A stretch of DNA of 64,000 nucleotides. Source: Anaeramoeba ignava BMAN (lineage: Eukaryota; Protista; Anaeramoebae). Under the pieces are notes generated by a model. That model did no database searches. It had not been told where the DNA came from and saw only the letters and a program-made list of their open reading frames with translations. The translations under genes and the position numbers were made by a program. This document shows positions 48,162-59,700 of the stretch, in pieces. Position 1 is the first letter of the stretch. Each line of letters opens with the position of its first letter. The DNA is taken from assembly GCA_028826165.1 (NCBI GenBank), contig JAPDFW010000095.1:186001-250000 (forward strand), given 5' to 3'.

Positions 48162-51100
48162 TTAGTATTTTGATTTTAATTGATGAATAAAAGGAATTGA
48201 ACCAAAATTAACTGAAACTTTTGCATTAGAAGAATTTAAACCAATAGAAGGATATAAAGTTTTTCCAATAAGAACAGATTTCTTATCACGAATAGTTTTG
48301 ATTAATTTTCCATTAAAAGTAAAGAAGAAATTTTTAGTTGAAAAATCAATTCCAAAACCAATTGTATCATTTTTAGAAAATTTTGAACCAAGTTTTCTTC
48401 CTTTTTTAGATTCACAGAAATAAAGTTTTCCATCATCACCATGAAAACCAATAGAATCATCCCAACCAGGTAAACCAACAAGATTGTGACTATCAAGAAC
48501 AGCACCAATAACAACAGTTGATTTCGTTCCTGGATCTTCAATAGTGATTTCGAAGTAGTAAATCTTAGTCTTATCAGGAATTGGGAAATTTGAACGAATT
48601 GTGATTGGTTCAGTTGTTGATCTTTGATCATGAATTGTGAAATCTTGAGAATTGCAAGAAATACCTACTTTAACCATATCCATATCAAAACCAGAAGGTA
48701 AATTTTCATCCAACTTTTCAGGAAAGTAAGGAAGTTTTTTGTTGTTTATTGATGCGTGAGCCTTAACTTGTGATTCTGGAAGTGAAGGTTTTGGAACATC
48801 GATTGTTGCATCATACTTGATTTCATGAACAATTTGTCGAATAACTTTTGCCATTTCTTGTAATTCTTTTTCAAGAACTTTGATCTTTGCTCTCAATGAT
48901 TCAATTTCATCTTCACTTGTTGTGAGTTCTTGAACATAACGATCACGCAACTCACGTTGATCTTGGGAATCCTTTAAGGTTTTCATGTTCTCACAAATTC
49001 TTCTTTGATTTCGAATGTGATCATTTAATTCTGTTTTCAACGTTGAAAGTTGTCTGTTAAGATCATTTTTGGATTGTAATTTTTGAACAATTTGATAAAG
49101 AGTCTCCTTGATTTCCTTGTTGATAAGATTACTATAAAGCCAACTATCAACACTACTTTGGCTAACACTTTCAAGATAATAAGTATCTGGTTGTCGGGAT
49201 CTTTCAACAACAACAAATGTGATGTGTTCTTTAGCTGGAACATTGAATCTGAAACGATAATAATTTTCTGTTTTTTCAAATGGATCGATTGTATAAACCA
49301 ATTCAGTATTTGATGTGATTTTGTGCTCCAAAATAAAATCAAGTTTCTTGGTTGATTTATTATTGATTTTGTATTTTCTCCAATAATAATAATATCTTTC
49401 AGTTGTTAAAACTCCATTCAAAATGGCTGAGTGGAAAAAGCTTTGTGAAGTTGAACCATAATCACTTTCAACAACACATCCAAGTTCAACTGCATATGGA
49501 ATGATCTTTGTATCATTTGGTTGAATTGTGTCAAGCATTCCTTCTCCAATGTATTCTCCTTTTTCATACATTGTAATTGGTCCTCCTTCTAAAATCAAAC
49601 CTGTTGTGTTTTTGAATAAAATTGATGACATTGATTTTTTTTGAATAAAATTGTTCTCCTGAGAAATGAAATTGGATTTTTATCTCAAACTGCTTCAGAT
49701 TTTCTTGTTTGCACATCAAATTTGCTTTCATTTTATCTTCTTTTGAAAAATTTTTATTTTTTATTTTAATATTTATTTTTTTTTATATTGATCTTTTTTA
49801 TTTTTAATATTTTGGATATTTTGATATTTTTGGAACAGATATAATATTTTAATATGATAAAAGATCAATTTTTAATATTTTAATATTTTGGAGATTTTCT
49901 TATTTTTAATATTTTAATATTTTATATTTTGGAATTTTTAATATTTTTTATTTTATCTTTTTTTGAAACCATTTTGGATATTTTAATATTTTAATATTTT
50001 TATATTTTGGATATTTGGATATTTTTTATTTTGGATATTTTTTATATTTTATATTTTGGATATTTTAATATTTTGGATATTTTTATATTTTAATATTTTA
50101 ATATTTTAATATTTTGGATATTTTGGATATTTTGGATATTTTTAATATTTAGTATTTTAATATTTTGGATATTTTAATATTTTGGATATTTTGGATATTT
50201 TGGATATTTTAATATTTTAATATTTTGGATATTTTTAATATTTTTATATTTTGGATATTTTAATATTTTTATATTTTAATATTTTAATATTTTAATATTT
50301 TAATATTTTAATATTTTTATATTTTAATATTTTGGATATTTTATATTTTGGATATATTTTTATTTTTAATATTTTGGATATTTTGGATACTTTAATATTT
50401 TAATATTTTGGATATTTTTGGAAAATTTACTTTTTCGTTTTTCTTCGGATCTAGAAATAGAACTTAAAGAAAATGATCTTTCTTTCTCTTTGTACTTTTT
50501 CTTTTTCTCTATATATTCATCTTCAGAATCATCATCAGAATAATCACTTTCACTTTCACTTCTACTTCTACTTCTACTTTCAAGAGCTTTTTCCAAAACA
50601 GGAGGAGCGAAAGCAGCTTCATCTTGAACTTCTATTCTTGGTCTAACCTGAAATCTTGGAGAATATAAATCATGAATAAAAGAAATAGGAAGACCACTAA
50701 CAAGTTCCAACTGAATATTTTTCCAGTCTTCTTCAGTAGTATTATCAACAATAGCCCAACCTTGAAGAATAGGTTCTTGTGCCCCCAACATAACCCTATA
50801 AGAAGTTTTCCAAACCGGTAATGGAATGATATAAGTTGCTCTAAAAGTACGTTTCTTTTTCCCTTTACAAAACACTGTAACATTTTTAATACTTTTTTTC
50901 TTTGATGAAATCAAAACGTCAAGAAGATGTTGCAAATCCCTTTTGATTTCTTCATCCAAAAATTCAACATCATCAATTTCAATCAAACTAAAAGTTTTAA
51001 TTTCATTCTCATTAAGTAGCAAAGTAAGATAATCCAAATCAAGATAACCAGGAATTCCATCTTCAATTTCACGTTTTTTCTTTTCCTCAATTCCAATTAC

Positions 51101-51415
51101 AAGACCTTCATAAGTTTTGCCTGCATAATTGACAGCTATTTTTGCACCTTGAATTTCAGCTAATAATTTACTCATTGATTTTTCACTTTCCAAATCAATA
51201 AGAATATTTGGTTGTTTGCTTCCCATTCCTTCATAACTTATCCCACTAACATAACCACCTCCATTATCATAAGTTGTTAAACTTTTTAAAATATCATTCA
51301 TTACATCTTCTTTAAAAGTTAAAACCAAATTTTGATCTCCTTGTATTTTTTCTTCTCTTTCAAAATAACCTATTCCATGTCTAAACAAAACACATTTTCT
51401 TACTGGTAAAACCAT
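48162..51415 (-). CDS. Bacterial-type DUF4139/DUF4140-like protein fused to a coiled coil and a C-terminal SPRY domain; one satellite intron (~49740-50430), junction region garbled
   Basis: N-terminus LPVRKCVLFRHGIGYFER...NDILKSLT, PVWKTSYR, LQGWAIVDNTTEEDW..IQLELVSGLPISF, then NTTGLILEGGPIT. SPRY motifs YYFEITI, LPGWDDSIGFHGDDG, DTIGFGID, FFTFNG, LYPSIGL and VNFGSIPF. Confidence 0.72.
49790..50420. repeat. (ATTTTAAT/ATTTTGGAT)n intronic satellite
   Basis: 8-9 bp degenerate tandem units. Confidence 0.8.
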
Positions 51416-51668
51416 TTTAAAATTTTTTGCTTTTTTTTTGTTTTTATTTTTGGAAATTTAAATAAAAAGAATAAAATAGAAAAATGAAATAAAAAAAAAA
51501 TAATTTAAATTGAGAACTGAATTAAATCTTTTTTTTTCTCCTTTTTATTTATTTATTTTTTTTTTCTCTTTTTAATTTTTCATTTTTTTTCTTTTCAAAA
51601 AAAAAAAATAAAATTATTTTCAAATTATAAATTATAAATTATAAATTATAAATTATAAATAAAGAAAA

Positions 51669-53743
51669 ATGAATGATTGTTTATTTTTTGGTTGGGATAA
51701 ATACCCAAAACATATTGAAAATGAACAAGATTCAATAATAAAACCAATTCAAATTAAAATTCAATTCAAAAACAAAAACCAAAACAAAAATCAAAATCAA
51801 AATCAAATTGAAAATCAAAACCAAAATCAAAATCAAAATCAAAATCAAAACCAAAATCAAAATGAAATTCAAAATAAAAATAAAAATCAAAATCAAAATC
51901 AAATTCAAAATGGAATACTAAAACCAATAAAAATGAAATTTGAAAAAGAAAAAGAAAAAGAAATTCAAATAATAAAACAAAATGAAAATGAAAAAGAAAA
52001 TGAAAATGAAAATGAAAATGAAAATGAAAATGAAAATGAAAATGAAAATGAAAATGAAATTGAAAATGAAAATGAAAATGAAAATGAAAAACAAATTAAA
52101 CAAATTTCAACAAGTTTTTTTTCAACAATTTTCCTTTTTGAAAATGGAAAAGCAATAGAATATTTAAATGATTCAAAACAAAATCCTTCAAAAATTCAAA
52201 TTGAAGAAAATATTCAAAAAGTAACTGTTGGTTATCAAAATGAAGCTATTTTAACATTAGAAGGAAATGTATTTGCCAAAGGAAAATATATTAATCCAAA
52301 AAATCCAAAAGAATTTATCAATATTTCATCATTAATTGAAGATAAAAATGATAGAATAATTCAAGATGTTGTTTGTTCAAGATTTTCAATTTACTTATTA
52401 ACTTCAAATCAAAATGTTTATGGAATTGGTTCAAATGAATCTAGTCAACTTGGTTCTAATTCTATAACACTTAAACAAACACAAAAACCAATTTTAATGA
52501 TGAAAAATATTTCTAAAATATTTTCAGGAATTTGTTCCTATGTAGTTTTTCTTTTAAATTCAAATCAAGAATTATTTGGATGTGGTAATAATCAATATGG
52601 GAAACTTGGATTAGGAGAATCAAAAAGAAAAAAACTAAAAATCAAAAATTAACGAAAATCCAAAATATTCCAAAAGGCAAAATAATTGATATTCAATGTG
52701 GAGCTGCTTTTTCAATAATGTTGGTTGAAAATGAAAATCAAAATCCAAAAAGAAAACTTTATTCATGTGGAGACTGGGAAGATAATGGACTTGGCAAAGA
52801 TGAAGATGAAGATACTTATGAATTTACTGAAATCAAATCATCTTTATTTGAAAATGATGATTATATTCTTGATTTTTCTGTTGGGATTAATCATACTTTG
52901 ATTTTAACATCCAATTCAAAATTAATAGGATTTGGATACAATTATTATGGTCAATTAGGAACTGGAGATACAGATGATCAATCAATTCCAATTCAAATTG
53001 AACTTCCTAAATTAAGATTTAATGAAGATATTTCCAATTATCATTTTTCTTGTGGATTTAATAAATCATTTATTTATTATTCTCCTCCTTCTTTTTCCAA
53101 TCTTGAAGAAGATTTGATAAAATTATTTAAAAGAAAAGAATTTTGTGATATTTCATTTAAAACAGAAAATGGAGAAATAATTGAAGCTCATAAATTAATA
53201 TTAAAATATAGATTAAATCAAAATCAAAATCAAAATGAAATTGAAAAACTTCAAGAAATTATTTCAAATAAATCAAATCAAGAATCAAATCAAATATTTG
53301 AAATGATTTATTCAAACAATTCCATATTAAATCCAAAATTATATTCTGAAATTAAAGAAATTATAAATTCCAATGAAAAAATTGAAGAAACAATTAAAAG
53401 AATTTATTTAAATGAAAAAGAAAAAGATTTTATAATTGAAAGAAAAGAAAAACAATATAAATTTCCAAAATTAATATTAATAATGAGAAGTGAATTATAT
53501 CGAGGAATGTTTTTATCTGTAACAGAAGATACTTCAAATAAAGTTACAGATTATAGTGAATTAAGTAATAAATCATTTCAAATATTTGAATATTGGATTT
53601 ATTCAAATCAAATTAAAGATGAAATTAAAATTACACAAGAAATAATTGATGAAATTCAAATAGGAATTGATTATTTCCAATTAAATCAAACAAATCCAAA
53701 TTTATTTGATTTATTAATTAGGAAATTTAATAATCAAAATTAA
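51669..53743 (+). CDS. RCC1-repeat plus tandem-BTB protein, copy 5 with an expanded N-terminal NQ/NE tract (frameshift near 52630-52645)
   Basis: ORFs 51669-52652 and 52718-53743 are collinear with the intact paralogues. Confidence 0.85.
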
Positions 53744-54206
53744 AATTAAAATTTAAAATTAAAATTAAAATTAAAATTAAAATTAAAATTAAAATTAAAA
53801 TTAAAATTAAAATTAAAATTAAAATTAAAATTAAAATTTAAAATTAAAATTAAAATTAAAATTAAAATTAAAATTAAAATTAAAATTAAAATTAAATTCA
53901 AAATTAAAATTAAAATTAAAATTAAAATTAAAATTAAAATTAAAATTTAAAATTAAAATTAAAATTAAAATTAAAATTAAAATTAAAATTAAAATTAAAA
54001 TTAAAATTAAAATTAAAATTAAAATTAAAATTAAAATTAAAATTAAAATTAAAATTAAAATTCAAATTAAAATCAAAAATTAAAATTAAAATCAAAATTA
54101 AAATCAAAATTAAAATTAAAATTAAAATTCAAATTAAAATCAAAATTAAAATTAAAATCAAAATTAAAATTAAAAAATCATTTTTTCATTTTTTTCCTTT
54201 TCAAAA

Positions 54207-56024
54207 ATGAATGAAATTTTATTTTTTGGTGATAATGAAGAACTAAAACTTATCAAAAATGAACCATATCAAATAACAAAACCAATTCAATTTAAATTTG
54301 AAAATGAAAATGAAAATGAAAATGAAAATGAAAATGAAAAACAAATTAAACAAATTTCATCAGGAAGTTATTCAACAATTTTCCTTTTTAAAAATGGAAA
54401 AGCAATAGAATATCTAAAAGAAAATGATTCAAAACAAAATCCTTCAAAAATCCAAATTGAAAATATTCAAAAAGTAACTGTTGGTTATCAAAATGAAGCT
54501 ATTTTAACAATAGAAGGAAATGTATTTGCCAAAGGAAAAGATATTAATCCAAAAAATCTAAATGAATTTATCAATATTTCATCATTAATTGAAGATAAAA
54601 ATGATAGAATAATTGAAGATATTGTTTCTGGATCTAATTCAATTTATTTATTAACTTCAAATCAAAATGTTTATGGAATTGGTTCAAATGAATCTAGTCA
54701 ACTTGGAGTTGATTCTAATGCACTTCCAAAAACAGAAAAACCAATTTTAATGATGAAAAATGTTTCTAAAATATTTTCAGGAAATTGTTCAAATCATGTT
54801 TTTCTTTTAAATTCAAATAAAGAATTATTTGGATGCGGTGATAATCGATATGGTCAACTTGGATTAGGAAAATCAAGAAAAAAAGAATCAAAAATACAAA
54901 AATTAACCAAAATCCAAAATATTCCAAAAGGCAAAATAATTGATATTCAATGTGGATGTACTCATTCAATAATGTTAATTGAAAATCAAAATCAAAATCA
55001 AAATCCAAAAAGAAAACTTTATTCATGTGGTTATTGGAGATATAATGGATTTGGCAAAAATCAAGATACTTATGAATTTACTGAAATCAAATCATCTTTA
55101 TTTGAAAATGATGATAATATTCTTGATTTTTCTGTTGGATTTATTGATACTTTGATTTTAACATCAAATTCAAAATTAATAGTATTTGGATATAATTATT
55201 ATGGTCAATTAGGAACTGGAAATACAAAAAATCAATCAATTCCAATTCAAATTGAACTTCCTAAATTAAGATTTAATGAAGATATTTCCAATTATCATGT
55301 TTCTTGTGGATATTCAAAATCATTTATTTATTATTCTCCTTTTCTTTCTTCTTTTTCCAATCTTGAAGAAGATTTGATAAAATTATTTAGAAGAAAAGAA
55401 TTTTGTGATATTTCATTTAAAACCAAAAATGGAGAAATAATTGAAGCTCATAAATTAATATTGAAATATAGATTAAATCAAAATCAAAATCAAAATGAAA
55501 AACTTCAAGAAATTATTTCAAAAAAATCAATTAAAGAATCAAATCAAATATTTGAAATAATTTATTCAAACAGAATAATAAATCCAAAATTATATTCTGA
55601 AATTAAAGAAATTATAAATTCCAATGAAAAAATAGAAGAAACAATGAAAAAAATTTATTTAAATGAAAATGAAAATGAAAAAGATTTTATTATTGAAAGA
55701 AAAGAAAAACAATATAAATTTCCAAAATTAATATTAATAATGAGAAGTGAATTATATCGAGGAATGTTTTTATCTGTAACAAATGATACTTCTAATAAAG
55801 TTACAGATTATAGTGAATTAAGTAATAAATCATTTCAAATATTTGAATATTGGATTTATTCAAATCAAATTAAAGATGATATTGAAATTACACAAGAAAT
55901 AATTAATGAAATTAAAATAGGAATTGATTATTTTCAATTAAATCAAACAAATCCAAATTTATTTGATTTATTAATTAGGAAATTTAATAATCAAAAAAAG
56001 AAAAATGATTGTTTAATTTTTTAA
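54207..56024 (+). CDS. RCC1-repeat plus tandem-BTB protein, copy 6 (intact, 605 aa), ending KKKNDCLIF
   Basis: Single ORF with all family motifs. Confidence 0.92.
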   Translation: MNEILFFGDNEELKLIKNEPYQITKPIQFKFENENENENENENEKQIKQISSGSYSTIFLFKNGKAIEYLKENDSKQNPSKIQIENIQKVTVGYQNEAILTIEGNVFAKGKDINPKNLNEFINISSLIEDKNDRIIEDIVSGSNSIYLLTSNQNVYGIGSNESSQLGVDSNALPKTEKPILMMKNVSKIFSGNCSNHVFLLNSNKELFGCGDNRYGQLGLGKSRKKESKIQKLTKIQNIPKGKIIDIQCGCTHSIMLIENQNQNQNPKRKLYSCGYWRYNGFGKNQDTYEFTEIKSSLFENDDNILDFSVGFIDTLILTSNSKLIVFGYNYYGQLGTGNTKNQSIPIQIELPKLRFNEDISNYHVSCGYSKSFIYYSPFLSSFSNLEEDLIKLFRRKEFCDISFKTKNGEIIEAHKLILKYRLNQNQNQNEKLQEIISKKSIKESNQIFEIIYSNRIINPKLYSEIKEIINSNEKIEETMKKIYLNENENEKDFIIERKEKQYKFPKLILIMRSELYRGMFLSVTNDTSNKVTDYSELSNKSFQIFEYWIYSNQIKDDIEITQEIINEIKIGIDYFQLNQTNPNLFDLLIRKFNNQKKKNDCLIF

Positions 56025-56028
56025 ATAA

Positions 56029-56075
56029 GAAATTATTGAAGAACTTCAAACAGGAATTGATTTTTTTCAATTAAA
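56029..56075 (+). pseudogene. Relic of the 3' end of another RCC1-BTB copy
   Basis: GAAATTATTGAAGAACTTCAAACAGGAATTGATTTTTTTCAATTAAA (EIIEELQTGIDFFQL) versus the family sequence EIIDEIQIGIDYFQLN. Confidence 0.65.
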
Positions 56076-56761
56076 ATTAAAATTAAAATCAAAATTAAAA
56101 TTAAAATTAAAATTAAAATTAAAATTAAAATTAAAATTAAAATTAAAATTAAAATTAAAATTAAAATTAAAATTAAAATTAAAATTAAATTTTAAAATTA
56201 AAATTAAAATTAAAATTAAAATTAAAATTAAAATTAAAATTAAAAATTAAAATTAAAATTGAAATTCCAATTAAAATTAAAATTAAAATTAAAATTAAAA
56301 TTAAAATTAAAATTAAAATTAAAATCAAAATTAAATTTAAAATTAAAATCAAAAATCATTGTTGAGAAATGAAAAAGTGGTCTTTTTTTTTCAAATTTGA
56401 TCAAACTTTCAAATTTGCCTGACTGATTACTGATATTGAAAAAAAGAATTGATTTTTTTAATTTTATTTTAAATTGTTTAAAATAAAAAGAAAGTAGATA
56501 TTTTCGTTTTTAAAAAGAACTTGAATAGAAAATTAAAGAAAAATATAAAAAGGATTTAATAAAGTTGTGTTTTTTCTTGGAAGAAATGAAAAGTAGACAA
56601 TTTTTTTTGATCAACAAGAAAAAAAAAAAAGAAAAAATAAAAATTTAATTGTGGGCAAAAAAAAGCTTAAAAGAAATTTGATTAAGAAAAAAAATGGAAT
56701 CATTTATCTCTTGTTTTCTATCTTTTTTTTAAAGCTTTTTCTTATTTTTTTTTCAAGAAAG

Positions 56762-59700
56762 ATGAAAAACAAATGTTCTAAATTCTGGAAAAAAGTGTTT
56801 AAATGGATTGGCAAACCTCAATTTCTTGATTTTGTTGGAGATGATGTTATTTGGCGCACAATGACTATTCTTTTTCTTGCAAGCTTTTTCATTTTTACTT
56901 TTGGTATTGCAATCAGATATTTACTTGAAGGATTAGATTTAAGGGAAGATAAAATTGCAACAAAGTAAGAGGGAGAAAAAAATTTTTTTTTAGTTTTTTT
57001 CTTTTTTCATCTGTTTAACTTTTTTATTTAATTGGATTTTAGTCTAGCTTTCTTCAAATTCCCAAATGAAACTGAAGTTTTTTATGGACAACCAATCTCT
57101 GCTAAAGTAAAACCATTTCTTTTTTTACTTTTTGTTTATTCTTTGGTTTTTTTAATTTATTTTTTTTGTTTTATTCTTTTTGATAATAGTTAAGAGTTTC
57201 AAAAAAGTTTAAATCAGATGGAATTTTTGATTGTGCAGTTTCTGTTCAAGCTTCTTCTTTTGATTCAGTTGAAAAAGAATCTGATTTCACTTTATTGGAA
57301 TTAAGAGAAAAAATCAAATCAGATCCTCAATTATTTGGAGGTTTAACTCAATATTCAGATCAAGATGGAATTGTGAAGTTTTCAGATATTTCAATCATTT
57401 CAGGTTCAAGTAATACAGTGAAATTAACTTTTTCTTCAAATTGTAATTGGAAAAATGAATTAGATTTATCAGGTCCAAGTAAGAATAATAAATTTAAATA
57501 AATATTCTTTTTTCACTTATTAAAATTCTTTCTTTTTCAATTTCTAATAGATCGGAAAATTAATTTGGGATATGACTCAAAAGCCACAGAAATTGAATTT
57601 CCAGTTACAATGAAATCAAAAAGTAAGAAATATCCTTCTTATTTTCACAATCAAATACTTATTTTTCTTTTTCATTTTCTTTTTCTTTTATTTTAGTCCA
57701 AAATTTTTATCTACTCAATAATGATTCAATAAACAAAGGAACTTTTGATTATGGAGAAGAGATTTTATTGGTTATGAATATTACTAACAAAGAGGAATTT
57801 TTAAATTCAGAATTAGAAGGAGTAAGATTTTCATTTGTTCCAGGAAATCGTTCTTTAGTTTATGCAGAATATGAAGCTTATGGTAAAAATAAATTTTAAT
57901 TTTGAATTAGATTTTAATTTTAATTTTAATTTTTTGAAATAGCTGTTTATGAATTAGTTGATTATTCTTTGGATGAAAATGGATTGGCGAATAACACTAT
58001 CAAATTTCTTGGATCAACTTCAACACAAATGAGATTTACATCATTTGCTCAAGGAGTTCAATTATCTTATGAAGATCCTTTGGGAAATGATGTTGAAGGA
58101 TATTTTGAACTTAATTTTACAACAAAAGGTTTGATTTGTTAATTCAATTTTCTTTCTTTGTTTTTTGTTCACTTGTTTTGTTTTTCTTCTTATTCAAATT
58201 TTGAAAATAGTGAAAAGTGTTGGAATTTCTCAAAATGGATCCTTATCTGTTAAAGAAGGTGAAAAGTTTTCAACACCATGGATTATTTCTGTTAAAGATG
58301 AAAATGATTTTCCAATTCCAAATAAACCTGTTTTTGTTAAACTTTCAAAAGATTGTAACACTGAGGTTTCAGAAGATCAAGAACCCTTTATTGACGAAAA
58401 GTCACTTTATAACTCTTTGGTTTTTACAGATGAATCAGGAAAGTAAGAAAAATCCAAAAAAATTTTTGTTTTTTTTTTCATTTTGGAATTTGATTTTAAA
58501 TTTTTTTTTTAGTGCCGTTTTCACAGATCTCAAGTTTTCAATTTACGGGTTTACTACTTCATCTTGTAGATTTCAAATCAAATTCATTAGTGATGGAGTT
58601 TCTGTTGTAACTGATGATATTCAAGTTAATTCATCCATTTCGAAAATTGTTTGGACAAATAAAATGACAAATCTAACGATTCTCTACACTTCACAGATGA
58701 ATGCAGATTTTTGGCCTGTTATTCAAGTTCAAGATGAATTAGGGAAAGGAATTGCTAATAAATTAGTCTATTTAGTAATTTCAAATTTTACACTCAGTCC
58801 TTCCTATTTTCAAACTGATCAAAATGGATTTGCTTTGATTCATACAGATATTGCCCAAATGGGACTTGTTGAAGGTTTGTCAGAACAAACTTATTATGTG
58901 TGGGTTGATGATTATATTTCAGAAACATTCCCTGTTAATGTAACAAATTATGTTTAATTGGAACGAAACGATTAGATCAGGAGAAATATTGAACTTGGAT
59001 ATTGTTATTCAAGATTTCTATGGAGATATTATCGAAGATGATTTTTATGTCTCTGCTTTTATTGCAATTCAAGATGTTGCTCTTGATTATTTAATTATTC
59101 CTGAAGAAGGATATTGGCAAATTTCAAATGGATCTGGAACAATTTCAACAAGAATATTTGGAAAGGAAATGCAATCAGTAATTTTTTTGGTTGCTTCAAG
59201 ATATGAAATCCCTGATGTAAATCATTCTGAATGTTGGAATTATTTTCGATTTGTATTGGCAAATGATGTAGAAGAAGTTGAGATTAGTTATTCTCCTGAT
59301 GTTGATAATTATTTTATTCCACACCAAAGTTTTGGAAATGAATCCATTCGAGTAAAAGTATCTGGAAATAATCTTACAGGAACAGATGTAACAGTTCATG
59401 TAGCTGCTTTGAATGCATGGGATCCTTATTTTGATATTTTTGGATTAAATTCAAGTTATCGAGCTCGAAATTTAACAAATGTTCTATTTGAATCAAACTA
59501 CACTTTAGATGGAAATAGTAATTTAATTTAATTTAATTTAATTTAATTTTTTCTTCTTATTAATTTTTTTTTTTGGGATTTTTTAGATGAATTAATTTTA
59601 GATGATTTTGTGATTAACGACCAAACAAATTATGGTATCGATTTTCAACATGAACCATTCGATTTACTTGTTTTTGTGAATGGAATTCCAGCAACAAGTG

